From the human T2T-CHM13v2.0 reference genome, Homo sapiens, in the NCBI RefSeq assembly GCF_009914755.1, contig NC_060942.1: DNA of 64,000 nt. The stretch is one strand, 5' to 3'. Of the stretch, positions 27,081 to 44,496 are shown piece by piece. Each line of letters starts with the position of its first letter. Position 1 is the stretch's first letter. A program made the position numbers and the translations under genes. A model generated the notes under the pieces. The model did no database searches. It worked only from the letters and a program-made list of their open reading frames with translations, and was not told the DNA's origin.

Positions 27081-29465
27081 ATAACATTTCTAAAGTATTC
27101 TATTTTGTTACTGTTTTTCTATTGACCTGTCCTGCCAATTCTTGAGAGAGATGTTAAAATCTTTGATTATATATGTGTATGTCTTTTTTCCTGTAATTTT
27201 ATGTCTTTATTTTATATAATTTGTAACTCCATCATTAGGTACATAAATGTCTATCTGGTTTAATGTACTATTGATAAATGAACCCCGTTATCATCATGAA
27301 ATATTAACTTTATGTGTAGCAACATTCTTTGCTCTGAAGTCAACTTTGTTTGGTAATAATAGCCATTCAAATTTTTCCAGGTTCATTAGTGTTAGAATGT
27401 CATAGATTTTTATATCCTTTATATTTCAATTGTTTTGCATCTTTATATTTGAATGAGCTTCTTATAGGCTACATAAAATTAGGTTTCTTTTCTTTGATTG
27501 TAAGTGTGTCTGTGTGTTTTCAACTGTAGACCTTCAATTGTGCCAAGCAATATGCTTTATGGTGGGTGAACAAAACTGTAATCAGACTGTATCCTCAAGG
27601 AGCTAGCATTGAGTTAAAGAAGTTCATATATACCCAGCTAACTAAATACAATGTGAAAAGGCAGAGCAGGTAATCTAAACAGAATATTCTGAATTCTCAG
27701 AAGATGCAGTAATATTAAACCAACCCATATTATATGTTATACTGAGCATTTAAACAATTATACAGGTTGTTCAATAAAACCAGCTATTAACAATATTTAA
27801 ATTAAGGTAAATAAGTTAAAATATAATGATCTATCACGTAAAACCATAGCACAAGTTAATATTTTGCCATTCAGCATTTTCTTAGTCCAGTAGATAAAGG
27901 CCAGAGAAACAAACACCAAAGAAAATGAAAGCCACTTTTACCAGAGAAAATAACTGAACCTGCAAATAAGCAGCAGTCTCCCGTGCTGAGACATTCTTGG
28001 GTTCAACTGGGGAAAAATGAAAAGCTGCGGGGAAGGATATATGAAAAGCAATTGGAAAACCAGGTGAACTGGATAAGAAAAAATAACATCCTACTAGATA
28101 TCAAATGTGCATCAGTGAAAAACAGTAGTTATGGACAAACACAGCAATAATTCCAAGTATCATTTAAACCCTTGAAATGGTTATTTAAAAAAAATCCTAT
28201 GGAAAATATCCATTATGTCTCTTTGAAGAATAATTCAGTAATGACATAGTTTTAAACATTAGCTGGTAGAAGTTGGGATTCCATTTTAATTACTGATTTA
28301 TATTTTATGTCCTGGACCTTAGGTCAATTTCACAAACAGATGATTCTTAGTTTCTGACTCAGTACATATTTATTAAAAATTGTTAGCTTCATAAAATGAT
28401 AGCTATTATTAACATGTCCAGATGTTTTAAACAATTCCCATTCTACACTAAGTATGCTTAACAAAATTCTGCTGTTGACCAACAAGAAATGTACCAGGGC
28501 AGATTTCAAGGGAAAGGTGGCCTTGTTCATTAAATTAGAGATGATGATAAAAGTTCCCTTCTGGAATCCCAAAACCAGGTTTGATTTATTCTCTAAGTTG
28601 CACCATAATCTAGAAATGAAATATCCAATTGTCCCAGGCATGGAGCCATGGCATAACTTAAATAATTTTGTGGATCCTCGCTACACCTATTATATGAGAT
28701 GACTTCAGAAATTCTTGGAAAATGGAATTCAAGAATAAAGGTAAAAAAAGCAACAAAAAGCTATTTCTTAATATAAGCTCCATCAAGTTCAAGACACTTT
28801 TGAAAGCAATGATACCAGCCATTTAGTCCAGCCCTAAAAAGTGAGGGTTCTGAAAATTTAACCATGTCAGTGCAGTCTTTTTCTTATTATTAACTGAAAA
28901 AAAAAATGGTGCCTTTTAAAGATTTAAGACTACAAAACAAAAAAACGTCAGAAGAAGCCGAATCAGGACTGTAAGATGGATGCCTAATGATTTCCCATTA
29001 AAAGTCTTGCAAAATTCCCCTGGATTGATGAGAGGAATGAGCAGAATCATTGTCCTGGTAGAGAAGGATTCTCTGGTGAAGCCTTCATGGATGGTTTTCT
29101 ATTTAAAGTTCAGCTAACTTTCTCAAAACACTCTCATAATAAGCAATTGTTTATCATTGCTGAAAATCAACAAGCAAAATGCCTTGAGCATCCCAATAAA
29201 CGGTTGCCATGACTTCTGATCTAGACCAGCCCACTTGTGCTGTGACTGCACCCTTCCACCTCTCGGTAACCATTGCTTTGATTTTGTTCTGTCTTCACAA
29301 TTGTGCTGGTAAAGCTATGTTCCATGTCCTGTTACAATTCTTCAAATAAATGTTTCAGTATCTTGATCTCACTTGTTTAAAATTTCTGTTGAAAACTCTG
29401 CTCTTTTCTGCAGCTGATCTAAGTGCAATGGTTTTGGCAACCATCAAGTGAAAAGTTTGCTCACA

Positions 29466-29784
<319 letters not shown>

Positions 29785-29962
29785 TCAGTCAGAATTGTGT
29801 AAGCTGAACCAATCGAGATGCCTATGGTGTTCACTATTGTTTCTGCTGCTAATCGTCAGTCCTTTCAGTTAGGGCACAAGCAAGATGGAATTTTTCATCA
29901 AACATTGATCTGGATGGTCTGCTGTTGAAGGGTTTGCCTTCACCATCATCTCGTTCCTTCTT

Positions 29963-30257
29963 CTTCTTTTTTTTTTTTTTTAAGACGGAATCTTGCACTT
30001 GTCGCCCAGGCTGGAGTGCAATGGTGTGATCTCTGCTCACTGCAACCTCCACCTCTCGAGTCCAAGCGATTCTCCTCAGCCTCCCGAGTAGCTGGGACTA
30101 CAGGCGCCCACCACCACACCCAGCTAATTTTTGTATTTGTAGTAGAGACAGGGTTTCACCATGTTGGCCAGGCTGGTCTTGATCTATTGACCCTTGATCC
30201 GCCTGCCTAGGCCTCCCAAAGTGCTGGGATTACAGGCATGGACCACCGTGCCCGGCC
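29963..30257 (-). mobile_element. AluS inserted in HSMAR2
   Basis: Antisense Alu; TSD tct(c/t)gt(t/c)ccttctt. Confidence 0.93.
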
Positions 30258-32111
30258 GTCTTGTCCCTTCTTAAAACCGGCTATCCATTTGTAAGCTGCT
30301 GATTTTGGGGAGGAGTTTCCCCATAAACTTTCCATAAGGCAGTAAAGATTTCAAAGTTTGATGTTAGTTCTTGCTTCAATTTTAGCAGAACTCATATTTC
30401 CCTGAAAGGGGCTCTTTTCAAACTAATGTCTATCCTTCTTGGTGTCTAAAACTACTTCCTGTACAGATATGTTATAAGAAGTTAGTGTGAGTTTATTTTG
30501 GTGCAAACAAAGTTTGAAATTCAAGCATTCTTTTTTATAATTCACATTTTTTATAAACTTTTTAAAGACCCTTTATAGTTTGGATTTTTTTTTATCAAAA
30601 GCCAAACCAAAAACAAAACAAACAAACAAAAAAACATAATGAGAAACATTTCCATAACTACATTAATACTACTAAATTTATTAGACATCTACATAACTGT
30701 AAGACATAGCTTGTATTAAATAAGTAGAGAATTCTTGTTTTACATGGGGATTATAAGCATTTATTGCAAAAACACCAGGATCATAATCTACTGTTCAAAA
30801 TAAATTAATAAGTTCAAAGGTTATTGCACTAAGAGAATTAGAGATCATAATAAAGCAGAATACACACACACACAACAGTATATTTAACTTGGAAATGGGA
30901 ATGCTTAGACAAGAATTAAAATGTACCTTACATAAGTAATTATACGTAATAAAGATTGTATTTATATTTTTGAAGGAAGCAATTATGAGACCTAAAGTTA
31001 TATTATACTCTCCATCACAATAACTTTAAAATGAGCTCACCTATAATATTAGAAATATTAATTTTAGGATACATATAAGCATATTACAGATTATTTATCA
31101 AAAATAATGAATATGTTCAATCTCAAAGTAGAAAGATAAACAATATTTGCTAATTAGAAAAGAACATCATAGTAAAATATGCAGTAAATTTTATATAGTG
31201 ACCTCAGGTTGGGTCAACTGTATTCCCTGTCTTCAACGCACCAAGCAAAATTAGTCCCTAGAGCAAATCACCATAGTTAATAGTAGATAACGAGGAAGAG
31301 AAGAATGCAAAATGTTCTACTATGTTCAAAGGAAATGTGTTTTTAAGTTAAGAAAATACAGGAAGGGAAAGCATATCAGGAATATTCACATGCATGTTGT
31401 GTGTTTGTAATAGGGAAAAGATAGAAACACTAATTGATCACTAACAAGAGAATTGGCAAATAAATTATGGTATGCTATAAATGGAATTCTACATCAATTA
31501 CAATAAGTAAAGTTAAATTTTATATATAAACACAAATAAAGCTCCCACACATATTACTGATTGCAAAAAATAATTTTATACATATGACAGTAACCAATTT
31601 ACATAAAGTTCAACATCTTCAAAACAGAGCTAGAGATTTGTAGATATGTATATTATGAAGCAAACCTAAAAATACATTCATGGGAATTACTAGTATTAAC
31701 ATCTTGGAGTGAGGAGGCAGAAAAGTCAAAAGTAGAGATAAGTTGCATTATTCAAATAAATGTTTCATTTCTTGAGCTGGTTTGTGTAAATTCAGATGTT
31801 CATCATCACACGCACAACCAAACATGAAGCTGTAAGTGATGGGAAAGAGAAAGTAACTGTTAAAAATCACTAAGTATTATGTAAGCATTTGGCTAAGACA
31901 TGTATCCTATGTCATGTAAAGAGATGATTCTTATATACTAATTTTAATAGTTTAAAAGCATAAATTTATATTTAGTTTTTATCACCTACATTTTCTTTTT
32001 GGAGCTATGGAGATAACTTTTGCTTGTAAATTCTATCAACATAGGTTCATTTTTTCTCTTTTAAAGTTCATGTAAATAAAGATTTTGATTCAATATTACA
32101 TGTTTACAATC

Positions 32112-32489
32112 ATAACAAAGATTTTGAATTCATTTTTTATGTTTGACTTAATTCTTTCTAAGCCTCACACTACTTTTCCCCACATCTAAACAGGCTGATA
32201 AGAAAGTTGACCGATGCCTCCTCCATTGGAGCTAGTGGAAAATTAAAACACCCTAAGCACATAAATTTGCCCAAAATCTAACCCCTAAAAGCTCTAAAGT
32301 CCAAACCCACTCCTTCTGCTTTAGCCAAGGGAACACCAATCTGCTTACACTCTACAAGCTCTCCCAGGGAGTTCCTTGTGCAAGAATAAACAACAATCTC
32401 TCAGATTATCTTAGCATGTGGAGTATTACCAGTACACGAACCAAATTTATAGTGGGGACTTATCTTGGTTCCATGGTGTGATTAAAACC

Positions 32490-32490
<1 letters not shown>
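32112..32490 (+). mobile_element. ERVL-type solo LTR (MER54/MER74-like)
   Basis: caggctgataagaaag...ctccattggagctagtggaaaattaaaac; aataaa at ~32386. Confidence 0.4.
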
Positions 32491-34900
<2,410 letters not shown>

Positions 34901-34986
34901 CATAAGATTTTTATGGAAACTCTGGTGTGGGAAGGGCAGCTTTCACCAACAAAGCCTTGTAATTGGCCTTGAAAGAACAGGATTTT

Positions 34987-35288
<302 letters not shown>

Positions 35289-35523
35289 AGGGAGAGAAGA
35301 AGGAAGGAAGGAAAGAAAGAGACAGACAGAGAGAGAGAGAGAGAGGAAAGAAAGAAAAAGAAGGAAGGAAGGAAAAAGAAAAGAGAGAAAGAAAGGAGGA
35401 AGGGAGGGAGGGAAGGAAGAGAGGGAGGGAGGAAGGAAGGAAGGAGGGAGGAGGGAGGGAGGGAAGAGGAGAGGAGGGGAGAGGGAGAGGGAGGGGAGAG
35501 GGAGGGAGAGGGAAGAGGAGAGA
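35289..35523 (+). repeat. GA-rich polypurine low-complexity tract
   Basis: (GAAG)n/(GA)n/(GGGA)n; 35328-35523 contains only A and G. Confidence 0.95.
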
Positions 35524-36485
35524 CAGAATTTTGTCCTGGAGACAGAGTCCCCATAGTGACAGAAAAGGAGATCTTAGGTTTAAATTGGGATATGGAAGCC
35601 AGGAAGGTGTGCGAAGAGGAGTTTTAAACAGCACCAGAAAAAAAAAACGTGAGGATGTGGGTTTTCACCCTTTTTTCTTGTGATGAATGTTTAAATAGAT
35701 ACAGACAGAGATATAGGTAGGTAGATATAGCTTATCAAATGTTCATTTTAAATATATGCAGTTAATTGTATGTGACTTATACCTCAGTGAAGCTGTGTAA
35801 AAAAAGACACATGAAAGAAAATGAAAAAAAAATTGTTTAAGGCATACCAACAAAACTGCAGACCCAGAATGCGCACACAAGTTTTTTTATTCGAGTGCCT
35901 TTTACCATTGTGCTTTCATTGCTCTGATAGAATTTATTACACAGAATAATCAGCAAAAAATACAACTGGGAGAGTCAGTTGCTGTGCAATAACTAAAACA
36001 TAAAATAATTTTTATATGACCAAAAGGTAGGTGGTTTCTTTGGCACAGTTGGTCAAAAAATATTTGACATCTGGCCTCCTATTTATATATAAATTAATTT
36101 GTACCTATATATTATAATTATGTATCAAATGCAACCAAACATTTTAAGTTGATATTGAAACAGAGTAATAACTATCTGTTTCTCCTCTCTTCACTGTAAT
36201 AGCCATAGTGTATTTCAGATCTTAAATAACACATCATCTTAAAATTATAGATGGATAATAAGTATATGAGGCAATAGATACAGAAATTAGCTTGATTTAT
36301 TCTTGCCACAAACAGTGCATGCATGTATCAAAACATCACACTGTAGTCCATAAATATATGAAATATAAAATTTAAATTGTGTTATTAATAAACATATAGA
36401 TTGAAAAAATATTACACCATTTTCTAGAGGTAACTTTCCAAAAGCAAAACAAATTTTTCTAAAAAGCAAGAAGCATATATTACTA

Positions 36486-36686
<201 letters not shown>

Positions 36687-37100
36687 TTAGCAATTATACC
36701 TTAGTCTTACTGTAAACTTTCCTAAGCCAATTAGTCATATTTATAATCGTTATGTCTTTTTTTCCAAAAATCAACAGAATTTATTGAAGAAATTTGAGGT
36801 GGTGAAGATAGGCACCTTTGCTGCCACGTTGCAGCTGAGGCAATCTCAGCCAGCATTCTGCCACGTACATACAAATTTATTAGCAAGAGAAACCATTATT
36901 AAAGCTGACACAAATGAGGTCTTAAATCTATTTTAAATTTGACTAATTTCTAGCTCAATGGTGAGCTTCAAGTGCTCACCATTCAGCAACTTGCAGAGAC
37001 ACTTGAACAATGGCTAAACGGGGGACCGTATCAAATAAATAGACACTATGATATCAAAGAACCAGCTAGTACCCCAACCCTCCCCACCCCATCCCCCCAC

Positions 37101-37379
37101 TTTTTTGGAGATAGAGTCTCGTCCTGTCACCCAGGCTAGAGTGCAGTGTCGCAATCTCGGTTCACTGCAACCTCCGCCTCCCGAGTTCAAGCGATTCTCC
37201 TGCCTCAGCCTCCTGAGTAGCTGGGACTACAGACGCCCGCCACCACGCCTGGCTAATTTTTGTATTTTTAGCAGAGACGGGGTTTTGCCATGTTTACCAG
37301 GCTGGTCTCGAACTTCTGATCCACCCACTTCAGGCTCCCAAAGTGCTGGGATTACAGGCCTGAGCCACCGCACCCAGCC
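37101..37379 (-). mobile_element. AluS
   Basis: Antisense dimeric Alu with a short internal deletion. Confidence 0.92.
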
Positions 37380-40149
37380 TAGAACCCACTTCTTCAAGTC
37401 CCTGGTGGCTTCTGTTCATACAAGTGTGCAGAAAAACCCTAAATGGCTTTTAGTAAATTCTCATTTGTTGGTGCCTTCAATTTTACTAATAAGAGCCTAT
37501 TTCTAATAGTAATTATGCCTATTATAAGAAATGGTAATATGCAATGTGCTAATTAGTAAAACTTTTGGCTACCGAATTAGAGGGTTTAAGAAAAGGCTTA
37601 CCCTAATGGTCTTCCAAGAATGGCCCTTACTGATAGGTTTACTGTCAAAGTGCAATGTTTACACTCTTAATAGCACCTTAGTTGACCACTCCTAAATTCA
37701 ATTTTAAACTGCTGTCATATATATCTATCTATATAATTGTTTATATTTGTGTATTTTTAAATAAATAACTGTCATTGACATTAACACAAACAGTTTTCAG
37801 TAAAGGTATAGAAGACAAGTAAAATACAAATAATTTAATAACAATAAAATGAGTAAAAATAAAGTTTATGGAAACAATGATTGGATATTAAGAATACAGA
37901 ATATAGAGACCTAAGTTATATAAATGTACTCAAACATAAAAACTTGATGTTTTACTTATAACTAAAAGTATACAAGAATGGTAATAAATGCTTTAAAATT
38001 GGAAATATTTCTTAAATCTGATTATGGTTAATAAATATAATCGGGGACCTCAAATACTGGAAACCAAAAAAAAAAAAAATTCAATGTAGCCTAAAGATAA
38101 GACTAAAAAAACAGAAATTCAAATATCTCAAAAATAAATAACAGCATAAAAATTGCTATCTTGATGGCAGTATTCCCTTTACTTTATAAATTGTGTTACT
38201 TTGTTCAGCTATAAGTCATCCACTCAAAGCTGATAAAAAAAATAAAATTATAAACAGTTCACCTGGGAGGAAAAATAACGTGTGATGGATCTATCCTTTG
38301 CCCATACACACTAAGCACCATTTAATTGAGTACACATAAAACAATACCAGCACCAACTACCTCACACAGAAATAATGCACCCGAAACATTACACTGTAAA
38401 TGATGAATTGAGACATCACTGTTAACATCTCATTTTGAAAGAAAGACTCTGATATATTTCTTTATCAACACTTTTGGGAAAGCACCATCAATTTTTTTTC
38501 TTGTTTTTCACATTTTACATTTTATGTAAACACTTTATGAAATCTATCTTAACATCACCAAGGAAATGGAATATGAGAGAAAACTGAAACAAAATAAGTG
38601 TTTAGAATGAAATTACGCTTTATACACATAAGTCATAGCTATTTATATAAGTGACTCCATAAATTGGATCAAGGATTCATTATTCATTTTAACTGAATCA
38701 TTCATATTCTATTAGGTCTAATTAAGAAGTATTCTGGCAGTAACCAAAAAAATCAATAAATCGTTCAATCATTTTTTTAAAATTCAGGTAGATCCTGAAG
38801 AAAGATTTGTCCAGAAAAATAATTACAATAGCAATAATAAAAATATAACTCTAGATTTCACCCATTAGACTTTGAGTAAGTATAATACAGGAAAAATAAA
38901 TAAAACACATAATAAATAGACTAGACATACATTATCAACATATTCCATACAAATGCAATGTCCTTAATTGAATATTGGCTTAACTCTACCTGCTTCAGAA
39001 ATGAAACATGGAGAAACTCTAAGCATTCATGACTACTTTAGGCCATTCCTTCATGACTACCCTAGGCCGTATACATATACCTGAGTTATAAATGGTTATA
39101 AAATGTTCAACCTTGTTACTAGCTCTTTATAATAAAAAGCTTTTAGAAAATGGTCAGTGCGTAAGCAATTCTTGCCATGGTGAAATCTGATTGAATAACC
39201 AAGCAATTGTACTATCCTGGTTCTGCTTCATAACAAAATGGAAAAGCTGCATACGTCTATAATAGGCATGGATTGTTAACATTGTATGATTTGCTTTATT
39301 AAGTCTACTTCTGGTATTCATAGAATTTTAATCCTTGCCACAATAAAGCCGTGAAGAAAATACATAGCTAGCATGTTAATTGTGGCAGGAATGTGCCAAA
39401 TGTTATTAAATATTACCAATATGATGGATCCACTTATGGTCTTTTTGTTAACATTACAAATTACCATTCTCATAGCTACATGTGGAAAGGAGCCTTTGAA
39501 ATAGATAATCCCTTAAGTCTTATGGGTAAATTTTTGTACCTTTTGTTTAATTTTGAAAGGTTATACATATACTGACTTCTTGTGATGGCTAATAGGCTTT
39601 AATAATGAAAAAACAATTATTTAAAATAAATCTGTCTTTGGCAGTGAACAAATAGCAACATATTTTGAAGTAGAATTGTATCCTATTTCATAAGATATTT
39701 GGGAATATTTTTCCTGCAATAACAATATTTTTCACATGTAGATCCATCAAGACTATCTGTCTAACTTGAGTTCATTTGCTAAAGAAAGCTATCTCTTATC
39801 CTGATTTTAAATTTTCCACACTGTTATTAATTTAGTTTAGGCTCCGTATTGATAAAAAGGGCAGTACAATTTATATAGACTTTTATATTCTTTTAAAATA
39901 AGACAAATCTATTTGACAATAGACTCATTTTTTGAACTCAGATAAAGTTGGTGTTACTCTTACCCCAGTAGTAAGCTTATACACACAGTGAATCCGTGTC
40001 ATATGCAAAGTAGATAAGCAAGTGTTTCCTTTGTTGCTGGAGATTCAAGATTCACTTTTGTGCAGTAAAAACAAAAGTAAGCTATAGTATGCATCATGTT
40101 GATGTAAAGTGGTTGACATTTTATTAGAAGACTTTGATAATGAAACAAT

Positions 40150-41150
40150 TAAAACTTCTATTGACAGATAAATGGATAAAGAAAATATATATATTAGGCT
40201 GTATATATTTCTATCTTTCTCTCTCTCTGTATATATAATGGAATGATTCAACATTTTAAAAGAAGGAACTCCTGCCATTTATGACAACATGGATGAATCT
40301 GGAAGACATAATAACAAGTAAAATAAGCCAGGCACAGAAAAGAAAATACCATCTGACCTCACTTACAGGTGGAATATATTTTTTAAAAAGTCAAATACAT
40401 AGAAATGGAGAACAGAATAGTCATTACCAGGGGTGGGTATGGGGAAGAAATGGGTAGAATTATTTAAAAGGTACAATCTTGCAGTTAGGAAGGATTAATA
40501 AGTCCAGAGATCTAATATACAGTATGAGGAATATAGTTAATAATAATATATTATATACTGAAAATTAGATAAGACAGTAAAATGTGGGTGCTCTGATCAC
40601 ACACCCAGCAAAAAATTAAAGGGGCAGCTATGGAAGGTGGTGAATAGGTTAATCTACATGACTAATAATTATTTCAAAACATCATGTTTTACACCACAAA
40701 TATATACACTGAATATACAAATATATCAATGTGTGTATGTACGCATATGTGTCATATATTATAAGTGGAGTGTGTGTATAGAAAACACCACGATATATGT
40801 GGAATGTAAACGATTGAACTCACAGGAGCAGAGAGCAGTGTGGTTTTCACCACGGGCTGCAAGATGGGTGAATGGGGAGATGTTGGTCACAGCATACAAA
40901 GTTTCAGTTAGATAGGAAAGACAAGTTTTTGGGTTCTATTGCACAGTGTGATGATTGTAGTTAATAATAGTGTATTATATATTTCAGAATTGCTAAGAAA
41001 GTAAATTTCAAGTGATCTAACTACAAAAATTGTATTTGAGATGATGAATATATTAATTGATTTAATTATTCCACATTGTCTACACATATCATAATGTCAC
41101 TTTGTACCACATAAATATATACAATTATAATTTGTCAATTTACAATAAAA
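40150..41150 (+). mobile_element. Two L1MA 3'-end fragments
   Basis: acaacatggatgaatctggaagacat; acaaagtttcagttagatagg; ends acaataaaa. Confidence 0.8.
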
Positions 41151-41593
41151 ATATTATGAAATAATATAAATGAACTCTATAAGGTATATTATTTGTGTCG
41201 TGAGTTAAGAAATCATTAATAACTATTTTCAGAATGACAAATGTCATTATATGTTGTAAAAAAGATAAATACGTGAAATTATGAGGTTAAGAAAAGTTTA
41301 AATTGAAAAGACAGGAATTCCTGTGGAATTATGGTGAGCACCTAAATCTAAATCTCTTCATAAGTCCTCCAATAAATATGTGGATAAAGGGACAGTAAGA
41401 TATGCATAACTCACAATGACCAATGATGATGCTACTAGGAGATTTAAAATACCATAAGCTTAACATTATATGCCAATAAGGAGATGAGGGCATTTCTGAA
41501 AAGTCCTGGAAAAAGCTGATATGAGATTTCTTCTCTCTACGTGAACCTTCTGCCAATGTTTTGACACCATTTAGCAAAGTCCAGGACTCAATC

Positions 41594-42042
41594 CAGAGAT
41601 TGGGAAATATTTTTTGTAAAGGCCAGACAGTGACTATTTTAAGATTTAAACAAAGTGACCTGAGGCCTGCCTGTAATCTCAGGTACTTGGGAGGCTGAGG
41701 CTAGAGGATCGCTTAAGCCCAAGAAAGGGAGACCAGCCTGGGCAAGAAAGTGAGAACTCCATGTCAAAAAAATAAAATAAAATAAAATAAAATAAAATAA
41801 AATAAAATAAAATAAAATAAAATAAAATAAAATAAAACTCCAAAACACACACAAAAAACTCAACAGAGTTTCACAGTCCTGGCAGTGCCTGTGACAGCTA
41901 CTCCCCTATGCCACTGTAGGTTGAAAGCAACCGTAGACACTATGTAAAGGAATCAATATGATCTCTTTCCAATAAAACTTTATTTACAAAAACGGGCCAG
42001 GGTATGGGATATGGCCGGCAAGCCTTGGTTTGCAGACCCTTG
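41594..42042. mobile_element. MER58A hAT-Charlie element interrupted by an Alu monomer
   Basis: tgtaaaggccagacagt...ccaataaaactttatttacaaaaac...tttgcagacccttg. Confidence 0.8.
41665..41837 (+). mobile_element. Alu monomer (FLAM-like) with (TAAAA)13 tail
   Basis: cctgtaatctcagg...gaccagcctgggcaa then pentanucleotide tail 41773-41837. Confidence 0.8.
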
Positions 42043-42143
42043 CGTTAATCGTGCCAAGTACTCATATGACATTAGACAGCCATTTAGTATTTCAGCTTTG
42101 GTTATGATACCAAACTACTCAAATTATTTCACTAATCTACTAT

Positions 42144-42323
42144 TAAGACCAGCTACCTAATTTGTGGGGCCTACTGAAAAAAAATGAGAATCTAGGACTC
42201 TTTCTTCAGAAATTATTAAGGATATCAAGCCAGCAAGAGCAGAGCCTTACACCAACCCTGGGACACTTCCGAACGTGGGGCCCTGTGCCCCTCCCACAGC
42301 ACATGCACATGAGGCTGGCCCTG
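42144..42323. mobile_element. MER45A hAT element
   Basis: ccagctacctaatttgtggggcc...catgaggctggccctg matches the recalled MER45A consensus; ~180 bp. Confidence 0.8.
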
Positions 42324-44496
42324 CCTACCTTTACCCTTGTTCCTTGCTCCTGTAACTCCAAGTTTTGTGGCTTCTCTTTTCTTGATTGGGAAAATCCATT
42401 CACTAAGCTCTCAGGGTGTTCCTCCTGTATCTATATTAAACATAGGATTTGTCATCATCACTCTGCACATCATATTTCTCTCATAGTATCTTTATCTAAT
42501 TTTTTTCAAAATATTTATCTAACGCTAATTATCTAATGCTAATTTTCTATTTTCTAAAGCTATTAAAGGTCTGTTCCCTTCCTCTGCTTTGTATAGTTCC
42601 CTTTGCAACAGGAGAGACCCCTGCCCAAAATGCGGTGCTGATGTTGAGGCGTATGACACTCCCTGTATTAACAAAACAGCAGAGAAAATGTATTAGTCAG
42701 ACAAGAATGCACAGGGAGCTCCTGGTGGGCATGAGTAGATGTGAGTTTGCTTGAGCAAAGCAGAGGAAGTGGGATTGGGCCTTTATAACATGGCAAACGA
42801 ATGAGAATGGCAAAAAGTTCCCAGACTGGGGAAAATTAAATTTCTCACGTGTAACAAACAGGAATGTGAATTCATAAGTTGTATCAGCCTATACAGAAGT
42901 GCCACCAAGAGGGAAGGGAGAATAAGGTCTAACAAGAATTGAGAAGTCAAATATGAAAATGAGATAGGACGATTTCTTACACCCTGGCATTCCCCTGCCT
43001 TCAACTTTCATCATCTGTTTTCATTATATTTGGGTAATCATGAGAGAGGAACGACCATTAAAAAAAAAATCTATGTTTTAAATCAGAATGTTAATTGTGA
43101 TAATATTCTTGTAATCACCTCACAAAACATTTAAAAGTCATGCCATTTTACACAATGATCACACACACACACAAACTAGGTTATAGGAAGTTTATTTTTA
43201 AAAACCTATGACCCCATTATATTATTTTTTAAATTACTAAAAAGTGCTCAAAACACATTGTAAAAATTCAGAAAAATAAGACTAAATACATGATGTGGTT
43301 ATAGTAAAATCTTACTATTTATGAAATATCTACCTGTGCATATATATGTAAATATAGATCTACACTTATTTGCATTTTCTAGTTTGGGAAATTATTTTAA
43401 TTGTTTTTACTCAAATTAGAAATTATTTTGTTGATCGAAGCAGCCTCTAATATCAATAGATGAGACAATTAAAAGCAAAATGTGGACCATTAGAAATGTT
43501 GCTAATATAATGAAGTCATGTATTATTTATATGAGATTATATTTTAATGTAGCATATTATATTTCATTATGTCACGTTATAAATAGTGTCAGATACCATT
43601 TATTAACTATACACTTGTTAGTAATAAACCAGACCTGAAGAAACACCACTAATAAATGGAAAGGATGGCACAATCAATGCATTTTCTGAGCTTTGAAGAA
43701 GCTTCAGGATGATTTATATGGTAGTATTAAATGGGATAGTCTAAATTTGATAATACAAAGCAAAATATCACATTTAAACTATTAAATAAAATGGAAAATA
43801 TATTTGTCCTGTTATAATTAAAAGTACAGTGGAAACTTCCTGTTTCTTTTCATATAAAGTTTAAAAGAGTTTTGGCCAAGTTTTTTAAATGTACAAATAT
43901 CTAACAGCTTTATTTTTTCCTTCATTTTTTAAATTGTTTTACAACATTTTGAAAAAATCCATCAATACCAATTATATAGACATTTTCTTCATTATTTCTC
44001 TTTTATGAAGTGGGAGAAAGTTTGTATTGCAACAGTTTCATCTGTTAATTTATGGTGAAGCTAACTATGGCTATTTTTTTTTACTTATTAAAAAAACACA
44101 CGATACCTGTATATACTGCATATGTTACTCATTAGTCTCCCTAAATTAGATAATAATGACCTTTTCTGGTTCTCATCAATAATTATCTTACTATTAAACA
44201 TTCTTTTCCTTTTCTGATTATAATCGCTGCTTTATTTGCCGTATTGTATGTTATTTAAAATATATATTTACCATTTTTATTGTTCATACTGCTATGTATA
44301 CAATTTGGGAATATTTGTTTTCTGAAAGCATAAAGCAGGAAACCAGACTCTAAATCAAATACTTTGTAAGATGCTCACTGTTAAATTGATGAAAATAAGT
44401 TGTTGGAAATAATGCTTTAATTTTCTAAGACTTTTCTACCTGTGTGTTAGCATTTTTTAATGTTTAAATATTTTTCTTAAAACATATGCATTTCCT

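Noticed and set aside
28330-28702. Overlapping 103-aa and 82-aa ORFs in unique sequence
   Set aside because: No recognisable domain, no supporting splice or promoter context, and lengths expected by chance
39026-39068. 24-bp period direct repeat ttcatgactac..taggcc
   Set aside because: A single small tandem duplication, common and without further structure
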